Shown: positions 1 to 7,345 of the stretch, piece after piece
Position numbering within the stretch: position 1 is the stretch's first letter
Layout: each line of letters starts with the position of its first letter
DNA from: an uncultured Gammaproteobacteria bacterium
Lineage (GTDB): Bacteria > Pseudomonadota > Gammaproteobacteria > DSM-16500
Assembly (NCBI GenBank): GCA_963719645.1
Contig: CAVRCT010000001.1
Coordinates: forward strand, 509,644 to 573,643
Length of the DNA stretch: 64,000 nt
Reading direction: 5' to 3'
Translations under genes and position numbers: made by a program
Notes under the pieces: generated by a model
Told to the model about the DNA's origin: nothing
Databases searched by the model: none
What the model saw: the letters and a program-made list of their open reading frames with translations, nothing else

Positions 1-1250
1 AGCATAAATGGCAGCATTTTATGTATATCCATTATCATTGGATTAATATAAAAAAAACTATAAAAAATTAAGAACAGAGAGGCAGGTGCAATGGCTTCAA
101 TCAGCCAAAGCATGGTTTCTAATTTAAATGATTTTTCGAAATAGACCTTAGCCTTTAACAAATGATAAAGCCATCTGCGATGCATACTATATGCTACATT
201 AGAAGATCTAATTTTTTCTATCTGCATTAACGATTCATTTAAAAAAGAAATAGTTTTACTTTGTTGTGAAAAATAAGCATTTATTTGCTTCGCATTTCTA
301 GCCAGTGAAAATAATTTTATTATGAAAATAATGATATAAATTGTGAAATAAATAAAAGCAAGCAACAAACTGCAATATGCCATATAGACAAGCAAAAATA
401 TAAACGATAGCACGCCACAAACCACCATCAATACCGTTGCAAAAATGACTGACAAAGAAGCCTCATAGTCAGTAAGACGCTGAACAAAATCACTCGATGT
501 AAATTTCTTAACTGCACCAAAAGGCAGACGCAACATATAACTCCATGCAGATGGCAAAACAACGGCTAAGACTCTGATACTCAGTACTTTTAAATATAAA
601 TCACTTAGATAACAGACTAGAGAAGAGCCAACTACCGCCATTAAAGAAATCAAAAATAAAATAAAATTGTGACCCTCCTTTAAATCATGAACATGATTAA
701 AAATATAACCCGAGATCAGTGAAATCAGAAGCACTGAGAGTGACGATAAAAAACCAAGCCCGAAAGAAACAAGAAATCCTTTCTTAAAAAAACGAAAAAC
801 AAAAATAAGTAAACTTGATAAATTAACTGCAAAAAGTGAATGAGCTGGATAACATTGCCACGCCCCACTCAATTCATGACTACTGATACGTTCAGAATAG
901 TGTTCAAACTGTTTCAGCTTGGGATTATATAAATTCAGTCTGCCAAATTGATTAGGAATAAGAACTTTATATTGATCTGATCCCTTAAATTTCAATATTA
1001 TTGGATGCAAGAGTTTAGCAAATATATTTTCAAAGGATAACAATACTGGTTCAAAGATTAATCCAAATAACTCTTTACTTGAATTATCAAGATTAATAGT
1101 CAGTTTCTCTCTAGCAACTTCGTTCCAATCAATAGATACCTTTTGTTGCATCGCAACAAATTTAATGCAATTAATTAAGTCGCAATTCAAATGAGAAGAA
1201 CGAGCGACTTTGTCAAATGCCTGCTGGAAAAATGATGCTGTTAATCGCAT
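1..1250 (-). CDS. ABC exporter subunit, partial (runs off window start); second transporter of the RiPP export module
   Basis: Own minus-strand translation. ATG at 1250 overlaps the stop of the upstream PCAT gene (ATGCGATTAA). The frame stays open to base 1: MRLTASFFQQAFDKVARS...MQQKVSIDWNEVAREKL..., then long hydrophobic helices (LLIFVFRFF, LSVLLISLISGYIF, FILFLISLMAVVGSSLV, VLMVVCGVLSFIFLLVYMAYCSLLLAFIYFTIYIIIF) as in ABC-exporter TMDs. Not in the ORF track because it is edge-truncated. Confidence 0.6.
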   Translation of the reverse strand, partial: MRLTASFFQQAFDKVARSSHLNCDLINCIKFVAMQQKVSIDWNEVAREKLTINLDNSSKELFGLIFEPVLLSFENIFAKLLHPIILKFKGSDQYKVLIPNQFGRLNLYNPKLKQFEHYSERISSHELSGAWQCYPAHSLFAVNLSSLLIFVFRFFKKGFLVSFGLGFLSSLSVLLISLISGYIFNHVHDLKEGHNFILFLISLMAVVGSSLVCYLSDLYLKVLSIRVLAVVLPSAWSYMLRLPFGAVKKFTSSDFVQRLTDYEASLSVIFATVLMVVCGVLSFIFLLVYMAYCSLLLAFIYFTIYIIIFIIKLFSLARNAKQINAYFSQQSKTISFLNESLMQIEKIRSSNVAYSMHRRWLYHLLKAKVYFEKSFKLETMLWLIEAIAPASLFLIFYSFFYINPMIMDIHKMLPFM

Positions 1251-3445
1251 AGCATTGAATCACGCAATGTCGCTTCATTTGCAACTAAAGAATAATAATA
1301 ACTTTGATTCTCTATCAACTCTTGATGCTTTCCTTGTTCGACAATGCTACCCTTGTTTAAAACATAAATTTGATCGCAATGTTGAATCGTTGAGAGGCGA
1401 TGTGCAACAAATATTATTGTCTTATTGTTTTTACGTAAATTCTTTATGATAGCTTGTTCTGTATTTTCATCCATTGCAGATGTTGCCTCGTCAAGAATTA
1501 GTATCGGTGTATCCTGGATCAGTGCTCTTGCAAGATCAATCCTTTGCTTCTCACCACCACTAAAGTTACGTCCTTCTTCATCAACGACACCGCTCAACTT
1601 TCTATTTGCAATTAACTCTGATAAACAAGCATCGCTGATCGATTGCTCAAGAAGCACTTGGCTAGCATTCTCATTTGAAAACAGTAAATTTTGCAAAATT
1701 GTACCTGAAAAAAGTGAAACATCCTGAGAGACATAGGCATATAACGTTGCAAGTTCATCGGCGGAGTGATTTGATAATAGATTTTTATTAAATAAAATTT
1801 CTCCTTCGGTCGGGGGATAAAAACCACAAATTAATTTAGCAAGTGTTGATTTTCCCGATCCCGTTCCACCAACCAATGCAACATGATCACCTCGACTAAT
1901 TTTTAAATTAATATCGTTCAATACAGGTGATGAATTTTTATTATAATAAAATGTGACCTGAGAAAGAGAAATTATTTCCTTTTCATTAGCAGCAAATTTT
2001 TTTATGACTTGTTTAGGCGTAAAACGGGGATCTTTGTCATAAGATAAAATATCGTCAAGCCTCGTATTATTCGCATATACCGCTTGAGAATCTTGTAATC
2101 CTTGAAATATCCGAGATATGCCATTTTGGAAAATCAACAGTAATGAGTAATATCCCATTAAATTACCGAGCGACAGTGAACCGCAAGCAACTTGATAAGC
2201 GCCCAAATAGACGATAGAGAGTGACGAAACCTGATTTTGCATTCTTCTTAGCGACAGCGCTGTAATTGCAAGGAAATCGTCATTACCTTGGACACGCATT
2301 TTATTGAAAAATAATGTTCTCCATTTTTTAAAAATGGACTCTTCTAAGCCGCACGCTTTGATTGTTTCAATGTTTCGAATACTTGAAATACTGTGAGAAT
2401 ACAATTTACCGACTAGGTGTGCATTTGATTTTTCAGAGGAGGATTTTATTCTTGAGAGGTAAACAAACAGGATGAGTGAAATAACGGTCAGCAAAAGTGA
2501 TAGCAATGACAATACCCAGTCAATTTCTATCATGAATATGAAACAGACCGTGGATGTGATCATTCCAAGCATCAATACCAGTGCATTCTCAAAAATTAGA
2601 TTGGTCACAAACTCGGCTCTATTCAACACTGAAACAATTTCGCTGCGTTGACGCAATGAAAAAAATAGCATTGGCAATTGAAAAATATGGCTTAAAATTT
2701 CTGATATCTTTTTTAAGGAGGCTTTCGAATGTAATTTGAACTGAATTCTCTTATAAATAAACGTTAGAAATATGAGAATAGTCGATGTTAAGAATGTTAG
2801 AAAAATAATATCTGGAATCAGGTTGTTATTTTTTGCAAGGATACCTTGATCGATAAATATCTTAAACAAGACTGAACTTAAATAGGGAATAGTGCCAATC
2901 AACGACAATAGTAACAGTAGATAACATAATTCTGAATGAAAACCTGAAAACCATTTTTGGATGAATTTTAGCAATGAGAAGGTTTTTTTGCTGACAGTGA
3001 TGTGCTGCGTTGGTGTTATTTCAAGGATAACACCTGTAAATGCCTTGTCGAACGCAGCCATTGTGATTATCATTTCGCCATGAGCTGGATCATTGATTGA
3101 AACTTTATTTGCTTTGATGTTGTTGATGACAACATAATGATTGAAGTTCCAATACGCTATTACTGGAAGTGAGAATTCATTGAGACCATCGATATCAACT
3201 TTGTATGCTTCTGCGTTAAATCCATAGTGTTTAGCAACCGTTAAAAGTGTTTGTGCTTTGCATCCATCTCGTGAAACACCGCATTTTTCGCGTAATTTCT
3301 CTATGGAGAGATTCATTTTGTGATGGGCAAACACCATTGCGAGAGACGCTATGCCGCATTCTGTATCGGAAAATTGTAGAATGACTGGGACTTTCGTTTT
3401 CCAGACGAGGAATAAATTTTTTATTTTTAGGATTATTTTTTGCAT
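1241..3445 (-). CDS. Peptidase-C39 domain ABC transporter (PCAT; leader-cleaving bacteriocin/RiPP exporter)
   Basis: 734-aa ORF. N-terminal C39 signature QFSDTECGIASLAMVFAHH (catalytic Cys), multi-helix TMD, Walker A GGTGSGKST, ABC signature FSGGEKQR, Walker B ILILDEATS. Confidence 0.9.
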   Translation of the reverse strand: MQKIILKIKNLFLVWKTKVPVILQFSDTECGIASLAMVFAHHKMNLSIEKLREKCGVSRDGCKAQTLLTVAKHYGFNAEAYKVDIDGLNEFSLPVIAYWNFNHYVVINNIKANKVSINDPAHGEMIITMAAFDKAFTGVILEITPTQHITVSKKTFSLLKFIQKWFSGFHSELCYLLLLLSLIGTIPYLSSVLFKIFIDQGILAKNNNLIPDIIFLTFLTSTILIFLTFIYKRIQFKLHSKASLKKISEILSHIFQLPMLFFSLRQRSEIVSVLNRAEFVTNLIFENALVLMLGMITSTVCFIFMIEIDWVLSLLSLLLTVISLILFVYLSRIKSSSEKSNAHLVGKLYSHSISSIRNIETIKACGLEESIFKKWRTLFFNKMRVQGNDDFLAITALSLRRMQNQVSSLSIVYLGAYQVACGSLSLGNLMGYYSLLLIFQNGISRIFQGLQDSQAVYANNTRLDDILSYDKDPRFTPKQVIKKFAANEKEIISLSQVTFYYNKNSSPVLNDINLKISRGDHVALVGGTGSGKSTLAKLICGFYPPTEGEILFNKNLLSNHSADELATLYAYVSQDVSLFSGTILQNLLFSNENASQVLLEQSISDACLSELIANRKLSGVVDEEGRNFSGGEKQRIDLARALIQDTPILILDEATSAMDENTEQAIIKNLRKNNKTIIFVAHRLSTIQHCDQIYVLNKGSIVEQGKHQELIENQSYYYSLVANEATLRDSMLCD

Positions 3446-3501
3446 TGGATAGTGAACTCCGATAAGGCTTTATCTCTCTGCTCCTTCTCACTCCGTAAGC
3501 G

Positions 3502-3530
3502 TCAAGCTAAGCAAAATTTCCTTAGCTTGA
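3502..3530. repeat. Short hairpin repeat (family D: TCAAGCTAAG-N9-CTTAGCTTGA)
   Basis: Perfect 10-bp inverted arms just upstream of the PCAT start. Related copies or half copies at 12921-12949 and 13347-13367. Confidence 0.7.
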
Positions 3531-3655
3531 TGTCCATGGCGAGGAGAGGAAGTTGATGGATGAAGTTCTTTTAAAACGCTTAAGAAAGCGCATCATCCTG
3601 AGCGCTCCAACTCCCGAAAAAGAGGGGGCAGCATTGAATAAGAACTTCTTCTTTT

Positions 3656-4031
3656 TATACAAATCCCCCTTGCTCCCCCTTTTTCAAAGTGGGAGACCTT
3701 CTAAACAGCTTTCACTGTTAAAACACAGAGCTGTTTAGAAGGTCTCCCACTTTGAAAAAGGGGGAACAAGGGGCAATGGCACTAGCTTAAGAACTGTTGT
3801 CCCGGAATTTAGTAGCTCTTAACGAGCGCCTTTTGCTCGTTTAGAGCTACTTAATGTCCGGGATCCATCTTCAATTTATCGCCCTCTTGCTTTTAACTTA
3901 TATGCTTTAAGCAAAATGGATCCCGGACATTAACTGGCGCTAAATTCGCAAAAAGCGCTCATTAAGCGCCAGTAAATTCCGGGACGACAGTTCTTAAGCT
4001 AGTGCCATTGGGAACAAGGGGGATTTGTATA
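3656..4031. repeat. ~375-bp composite nested palindrome (family A units plus an embedded 90-bp hairpin)
   Basis: Outer arms TATACAAATCCCCCTTGCTCC (3656-3676) / GGAACAAGGGGGATTTGTATA (4011-4031). Inner hairpin 3675-3764 (CCCCCTTTTTCAAAGTGGGAGACCTTCTAAACAGC ... inverse). Then CAATGGCACTAGCTTAAGAACTGTTGTCCCGGAATTT...GGGATCCAT // ATGGATCCC...AAATTCCGGGACGACAGTTCTTAAGCTAGTGCCATTG. It sits between the HlyD-like and PCAT genes. Confidence 0.85.
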
Positions 4032-4131
4032 AAAAAAATAAATTTTTCTCTGTAGATACCCATGAAGGTGATTACAAAAAATCAAGAAACTCATTATGCG
4101 TCAGCACAAAAAGCGCATCCTTGACACGAGA

Positions 4132-4980
4132 CTAGCGCTGAGCCATCAATCGCGCTGGCGAACTTTTTTTATAAATTATCTTAGCAGACACCATGGTCCC
4201 CGGCTCAATGCGATAAGACGAACCACGCTTTGTAGTCCATGCTAGCCCACTGTCCGTCGATTTATCTCTTTGTAAACGAATTTTGACAACAAAAGGAGCG
4301 CCTCCCATAAAAAAATCATCCACTAAATTCATATTGCCCAGATACGAATAGACCAATTGTTTTGAAATCGGATACGCAGAAATACTAATCACTTTTCCGA
4401 CAATGTATCCATGCGCATACTGTGATATGTCATTAGATAATACATAAGCGTTCATCCCCACTACTATCTTTTTTCCATGCGTACGATCTGCAAAAACTAA
4501 CGCGTCTAATTGCGTGTTTGAACTATTCATCTCAGTGTTTGATAACAAATTTGTTAAAGGAGAATAAGCATTTCCATTCGGACTAGATAATTCTTCTTTA
4601 GCGGCAATAAGCTCAGATTTTGTTTTTAGTAAGTCCTCTAGCGTGACATAATGATTCTCAAACATTTTCTTCTTCTTATTGTATAAGTCTTCTAACAAAA
4701 CAATTTTTTCATTACGATCTTTCAACGCTTGACTAAAAAGAGTTTCAACTGCAATTAATTTTTCTTCCGGCAGAATCATGCCATTTGTATCAACACTCAA
4801 TGTAATCGTTCCAAACAATCCCCACAGCAAAATACAAACGAGTATTAACGCCGCAAAAATCATCCAGAGCCACTCGCTGGGATTAATCACTTGGAGTGCT
4901 GGGTATATTTCATCTAATGAGTTCAAATTATCAAGAGCATTTTGACGAAATAAATTATTATCAAAAGAAGATTTCAACAT
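4132..4980 (-). CDS. HlyD-family periplasmic adaptor / bacteriocin-system secretion protein (short form)
   Basis: 282-aa ORF. The N-terminus FRQNALDNLNSLDEIYPALQVINPSEWLWMIFAALILVCILLWGLFG (conserved R..AL..L.S.D.L motif plus a single TM anchor) resembles NHLM-type bacteriocin secretion proteins. A coiled-coil stretch and beta-barrel-like C-terminus follow. Located between the ATP-grasp and PCAT genes. Confidence 0.7.
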   Translation of the reverse strand: MLKSSFDNNLFRQNALDNLNSLDEIYPALQVINPSEWLWMIFAALILVCILLWGLFGTITLSVDTNGMILPEEKLIAVETLFSQALKDRNEKIVLLEDLYNKKKKMFENHYVTLEDLLKTKSELIAAKEELSSPNGNAYSPLTNLLSNTEMNSSNTQLDALVFADRTHGKKIVVGMNAYVLSNDISQYAHGYIVGKVISISAYPISKQLVYSYLGNMNLVDDFFMGGAPFVVKIRLQRDKSTDSGLAWTTKRGSSYRIEPGTMVSAKIIYKKSSPARLMAQR

Positions 4981-5003
4981 CTAGTCAACACTATTCCTTT
5001 AGG

Positions 5004-6086
5004 CTAAAAATTTTCAGGAATTTTATGGATACTTTCAGCGTGTTTTTTTATCACCATCATTTCCTTTTCAAAATCAAACAAAGATACACGTCGAGAATTT
5101 ATTTTTTCACAATGACCGCATCGGATCAAAAAATCAACGAAGCATTGAAGCATTTTAATTGTTGGGTTAACATCTTCAATCCACAAAAATTGACCTTGCT
5201 CGTTTATTTCTAAGAAATAATAGTCATCCTCTGGCGTAACAATAAAATCAAAACAGCCGAAAAGAATATTAAATTCACTCATCATTTTTTTACACAATCT
5301 ATCTAGCTTATCTGGAATAGTCACTCTTTCCAATGAAAGCTCTTTGGTCGGCGCAGATCGCCAATCTATTATTGCTTTCTCATGTTCTTGAGAATTAATT
5401 TTGACTGCAACATAATCATCACCAAAATAGGTAATTCTCAATTCATATTTTTTCGCTATTTTTTCTTGAAAAATGCCAGGAATACTTTGTAATATCGCAT
5501 CGCTTGGTAAATCAGACAGGGCTACTTGACTCGTATAACCCAACCGAGCTTCTTCTTTTTTTAGCCAAGCCATTGGATAAAGAGATTTATAGATCACATT
5601 TCCCGCGTGCATTTTAAGAAAGCGTTTAATGTCTTGGGGATTATTCGAGATGAGCGTTTTGGGAATTGTCATTCCAACGGCAGACGCTATTTTTAATTGG
5701 AGCAATTTTGAATTCACTCGCGTGACAGAATTGGGTGGATTGACCCAAACCGCATCCGGTTGGATCACTTGCCATAACGTTTGAAACAATATTCTATTTT
5801 CTTTTTTAGCATTCACTATATCGTCAGGATGCAAAATATCCGGCAATATTGGCTGTGCTGCTCTGCGATGCCAAACAATATCGTACTTTTTATCATGTCC
5901 GTCATAATCCACCCCTTTTAAATGCCATGAGATATTTTTACCCCTTATTTCGAATGAATGCGTTTGTTGCGATGGAAAATCTGCTGTATACCAAAGATCT
6001 GCTGCGTGACCCATTTTTTCAAGCGCTAATTTCACATAAATTGCGTGAGTGTCATCCGGTTTTGTTGGAATTAAAATTGTTAACAC
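5004..6086 (-). CDS. ATP-grasp ligase, microviridin MdnB/MdnC (MvdC/MvdD)-like RiPP macrocyclase
   Basis: 360-aa ORF. The N-terminus MLTILIPTKPDDTHAIYVKLALEKMGHAADLWYTADFP matches the characteristic start of MvdD/MdnC-family ATP-grasp enzymes (ILIVT...D.h...V...L...G......D.FP). Its size fits, and it lies immediately downstream of a small Thr/Asp-rich peptide ORF. Confidence 0.75.
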   Translation of the reverse strand: MLTILIPTKPDDTHAIYVKLALEKMGHAADLWYTADFPSQQTHSFEIRGKNISWHLKGVDYDGHDKKYDIVWHRRAAQPILPDILHPDDIVNAKKENRILFQTLWQVIQPDAVWVNPPNSVTRVNSKLLQLKIASAVGMTIPKTLISNNPQDIKRFLKMHAGNVIYKSLYPMAWLKKEEARLGYTSQVALSDLPSDAILQSIPGIFQEKIAKKYELRITYFGDDYVAVKINSQEHEKAIIDWRSAPTKELSLERVTIPDKLDRLCKKMMSEFNILFGCFDFIVTPEDDYYFLEINEQGQFLWIEDVNPTIKMLQCFVDFLIRCGHCEKINSRRVSLFDFEKEMMVIKKHAESIHKIPENF

Positions 6087-6115
6087 AGCTACCCTCTTTT
6101 CCTAAAATGATCGAA

Positions 6116-6138
6116 AACCCCTCTGATTCAGAGGGGTT
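6116..6138 (-). terminator. Stem-loop between precursor ORF and ATP-grasp gene (candidate attenuator/partial terminator)
   Basis: AACCCCTCTG-ATT-CAGAGGGGTT, a perfect 10-bp GC-rich stem 6 nt downstream of the precursor stop. On the minus strand it is followed by TTCGATCATTTT. Confidence 0.5.
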
Positions 6139-6143
6139 GATAC

Positions 6144-6305
6144 TTAAAAATCAACATTTACATCCATAGCCACATCTGATCCCCCTTGACGACCAAACGT
6201 TGTTGCGGTCGTCGCAACGGAGGTTCCACTGGCTGATACATTTTCAATTTCTGCCGCTGTTAATTTTTGGGATAGTTTGTGAGATAAGATTCTTTCATTT
6301 TTCAT
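6144..6305 (-). CDS. Candidate graspetide precursor peptide (53 aa), not in ORF track
   Basis: Own translation: MKNERILSHKLSQKLTAAEIENVSASGTSVATTATTFGRQGGSDVAMDVNVDF. ATG at 6305, TAA at 6144-6146. Leader spacing L-x3-E-I-x2-V-x-A-S mimics the double-glycine leader consensus. The core has a Thr/Ser-rich half followed by three Asp residues. Confidence 0.6.
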   Translation of the reverse strand: MKNERILSHKLSQKLTAAEIENVSASGTSVATTATTFGRQGGSDVAMDVNVDF

Positions 6306-6392
6306 AATTTACTCCGAAATTTTATTGATATTGTGCTTGTGACATGACAAGCAAAACCATTATCAGAAACTTCCTTTTTTAACACAATATAG

Positions 6393-6411
6393 TGGAAATA
6401 CAGTATTTCCA
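6393..6411. promoter_or_regulatory. 19-bp perfect palindrome upstream of the precursor ORF (candidate operator for the adjacent LuxR-type HTH protein)
   Basis: TGGAAATAC-A-GTATTTCCA, 9-bp arms around one central base, about 90 bp upstream of the precursor ATG and 26 bp downstream of the LuxR-type gene stop. Confidence 0.35.
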
Positions 6412-6436
6412 ATTTTGACAACATCATTTTTGACTG

Positions 6437-6640
6437 TTAATGGAGATTTATGATCCGCACTTTAAGCGCAATAAAAATAATATGCGCTGCATTTTTAGCG
6501 CCTAATTTTTTTCTAATGTTTGCCATATAGGTTTCAATTGTTCTGTGCTCAAGCCCTGTGATCCGCGCAATTTCTTTGGCCGTCAAACCACATGCGGTAT
6601 GTTTAATTATTTCAATTTCTCGACTGCTTAACTTTTGCAT
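6437..6640 (-). CDS. LuxR/GerE-family HTH protein (DNA-binding domain only)
   Basis: 67 aa: LSSREIEIIKHTACGLTAKEIARITGLEHRTIETYMANIRKKLGAKN is a textbook GerE/LuxR C-terminal HTH. Confidence 0.85.
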   Translation of the reverse strand: MQKLSSREIEIIKHTACGLTAKEIARITGLEHRTIETYMANIRKKLGAKNAAHIIFIALKVRIINLH

Positions 6641-6932
6641 AAATATCCTTGTTGTTGATTAACCGATGCGTTTTTGTAACTGCTTTGTGGGGATGATTTG
6701 GCGATAGGGAAATCTGGTTGAAATGGAATGAAGTGTTTGACTCATTACAATTGTGTAAATAAGTAGATTATGTAAATAGGGATGCGATGACTTGAGAGGG
6801 TTTAATCGAGTAACAGCGTATCTTGCTGAAAATCGCGTGGATAATATCTTGGCCGCTCATCGCTGTCAAGCTCGTGACTTAACAACTTTTCAGTGATGTT
6901 GTTGAGTTTCGCTTGCGCTCAACCCAACGAGG

Positions 6933-7253
6933 TATAAAGCAGCGAGATGCTTAAGAAAGGGCTGTCATCCTGAGTGCTTTTCGCTCCGAAGGATCCCACG
7001 CAAATTTCTGATGTTTGCTAAAAAATATTCTTAAGCATCTCTCTACTTTATAGGGAGATCCTTCGGAGCGAAAAGCACTCAGGATGACAGCCCTTTCTTA
7101 AACATCTCTCTACTTTATAGGGAGATCTTCGGAGCGAAAAGCGCTCAGGATGACAGCCCCCTCTTAAGCATCTCGCTGCTTCATAGGGGGATCCTTCGGA
7201 GCGAAAAGCACTCAGGATGACAGCCCTTTTTTAAGCACTCAGGATGACAGCCA
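6933..7253. repeat. Array of family B palindromic units (one forward, about 3.4 tandem inverted, ~65-bp period)
   Basis: GGGCTGTCATCCTGAGTGCTTTTCGCTCCGAAGGATCC at 6958-6995. Inverse units ...TTAAGCATCTC.CT.CTT.ATAGGG.GATCCTTCGGAGCGAAAAGCACTCAGGATGACAGCCC at about 7031-7093, 7094-7158 and 7159-7226, plus a truncated copy to 7251. Confidence 0.85.
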
Positions 7254-7345
7254 TTTCTTTAAATCAAGGCTCTCTTAATAATTCGTTAAGGTAGATTCTA
7301 TAAACTTTACAACTCACTAAGCCATTCATATAAGAGCAATGAACG

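Noticed and set aside
1210-1827. Plus- and minus-strand small ORFs inside the PCAT gene (1210..1449, 1425..1727, 1612..1827, 3231..3491). There are similar shadow ORFs inside other long genes (e.g. 7573..7761, 10259..10790, 17600..17824, 31214..32214, 43378..43974, 45321..46448, 47201..48109, 48998..49418, 57567..57978).
   Set aside because: They are fully embedded in longer ORFs that have clear domain content and have no independent support.
3553-3738. Track ORFs lying inside palindromic repeat composites (3553..3738; also 13091..13531 on both strands, 25525..25829, 25236..25424, 15634..15927).
   Set aside because: They are created by the symmetry of the repeats (both strands are open), lack RBSs, and have repeat-derived low-information sequence. 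Treated as non-coding.
6933-7253. Regularly spaced ~65-bp repeats that at first glance resemble a CRISPR array.
   Set aside because: The units are long and internally palindromic, and they directly abut each other with conserved (not unique) inter-unit sequence. One copy is inverted, the same unit parts recur at 23761-23782, and there are no cas genes in the window. This is a tandem REP/MITE-like array, not CRISPR.
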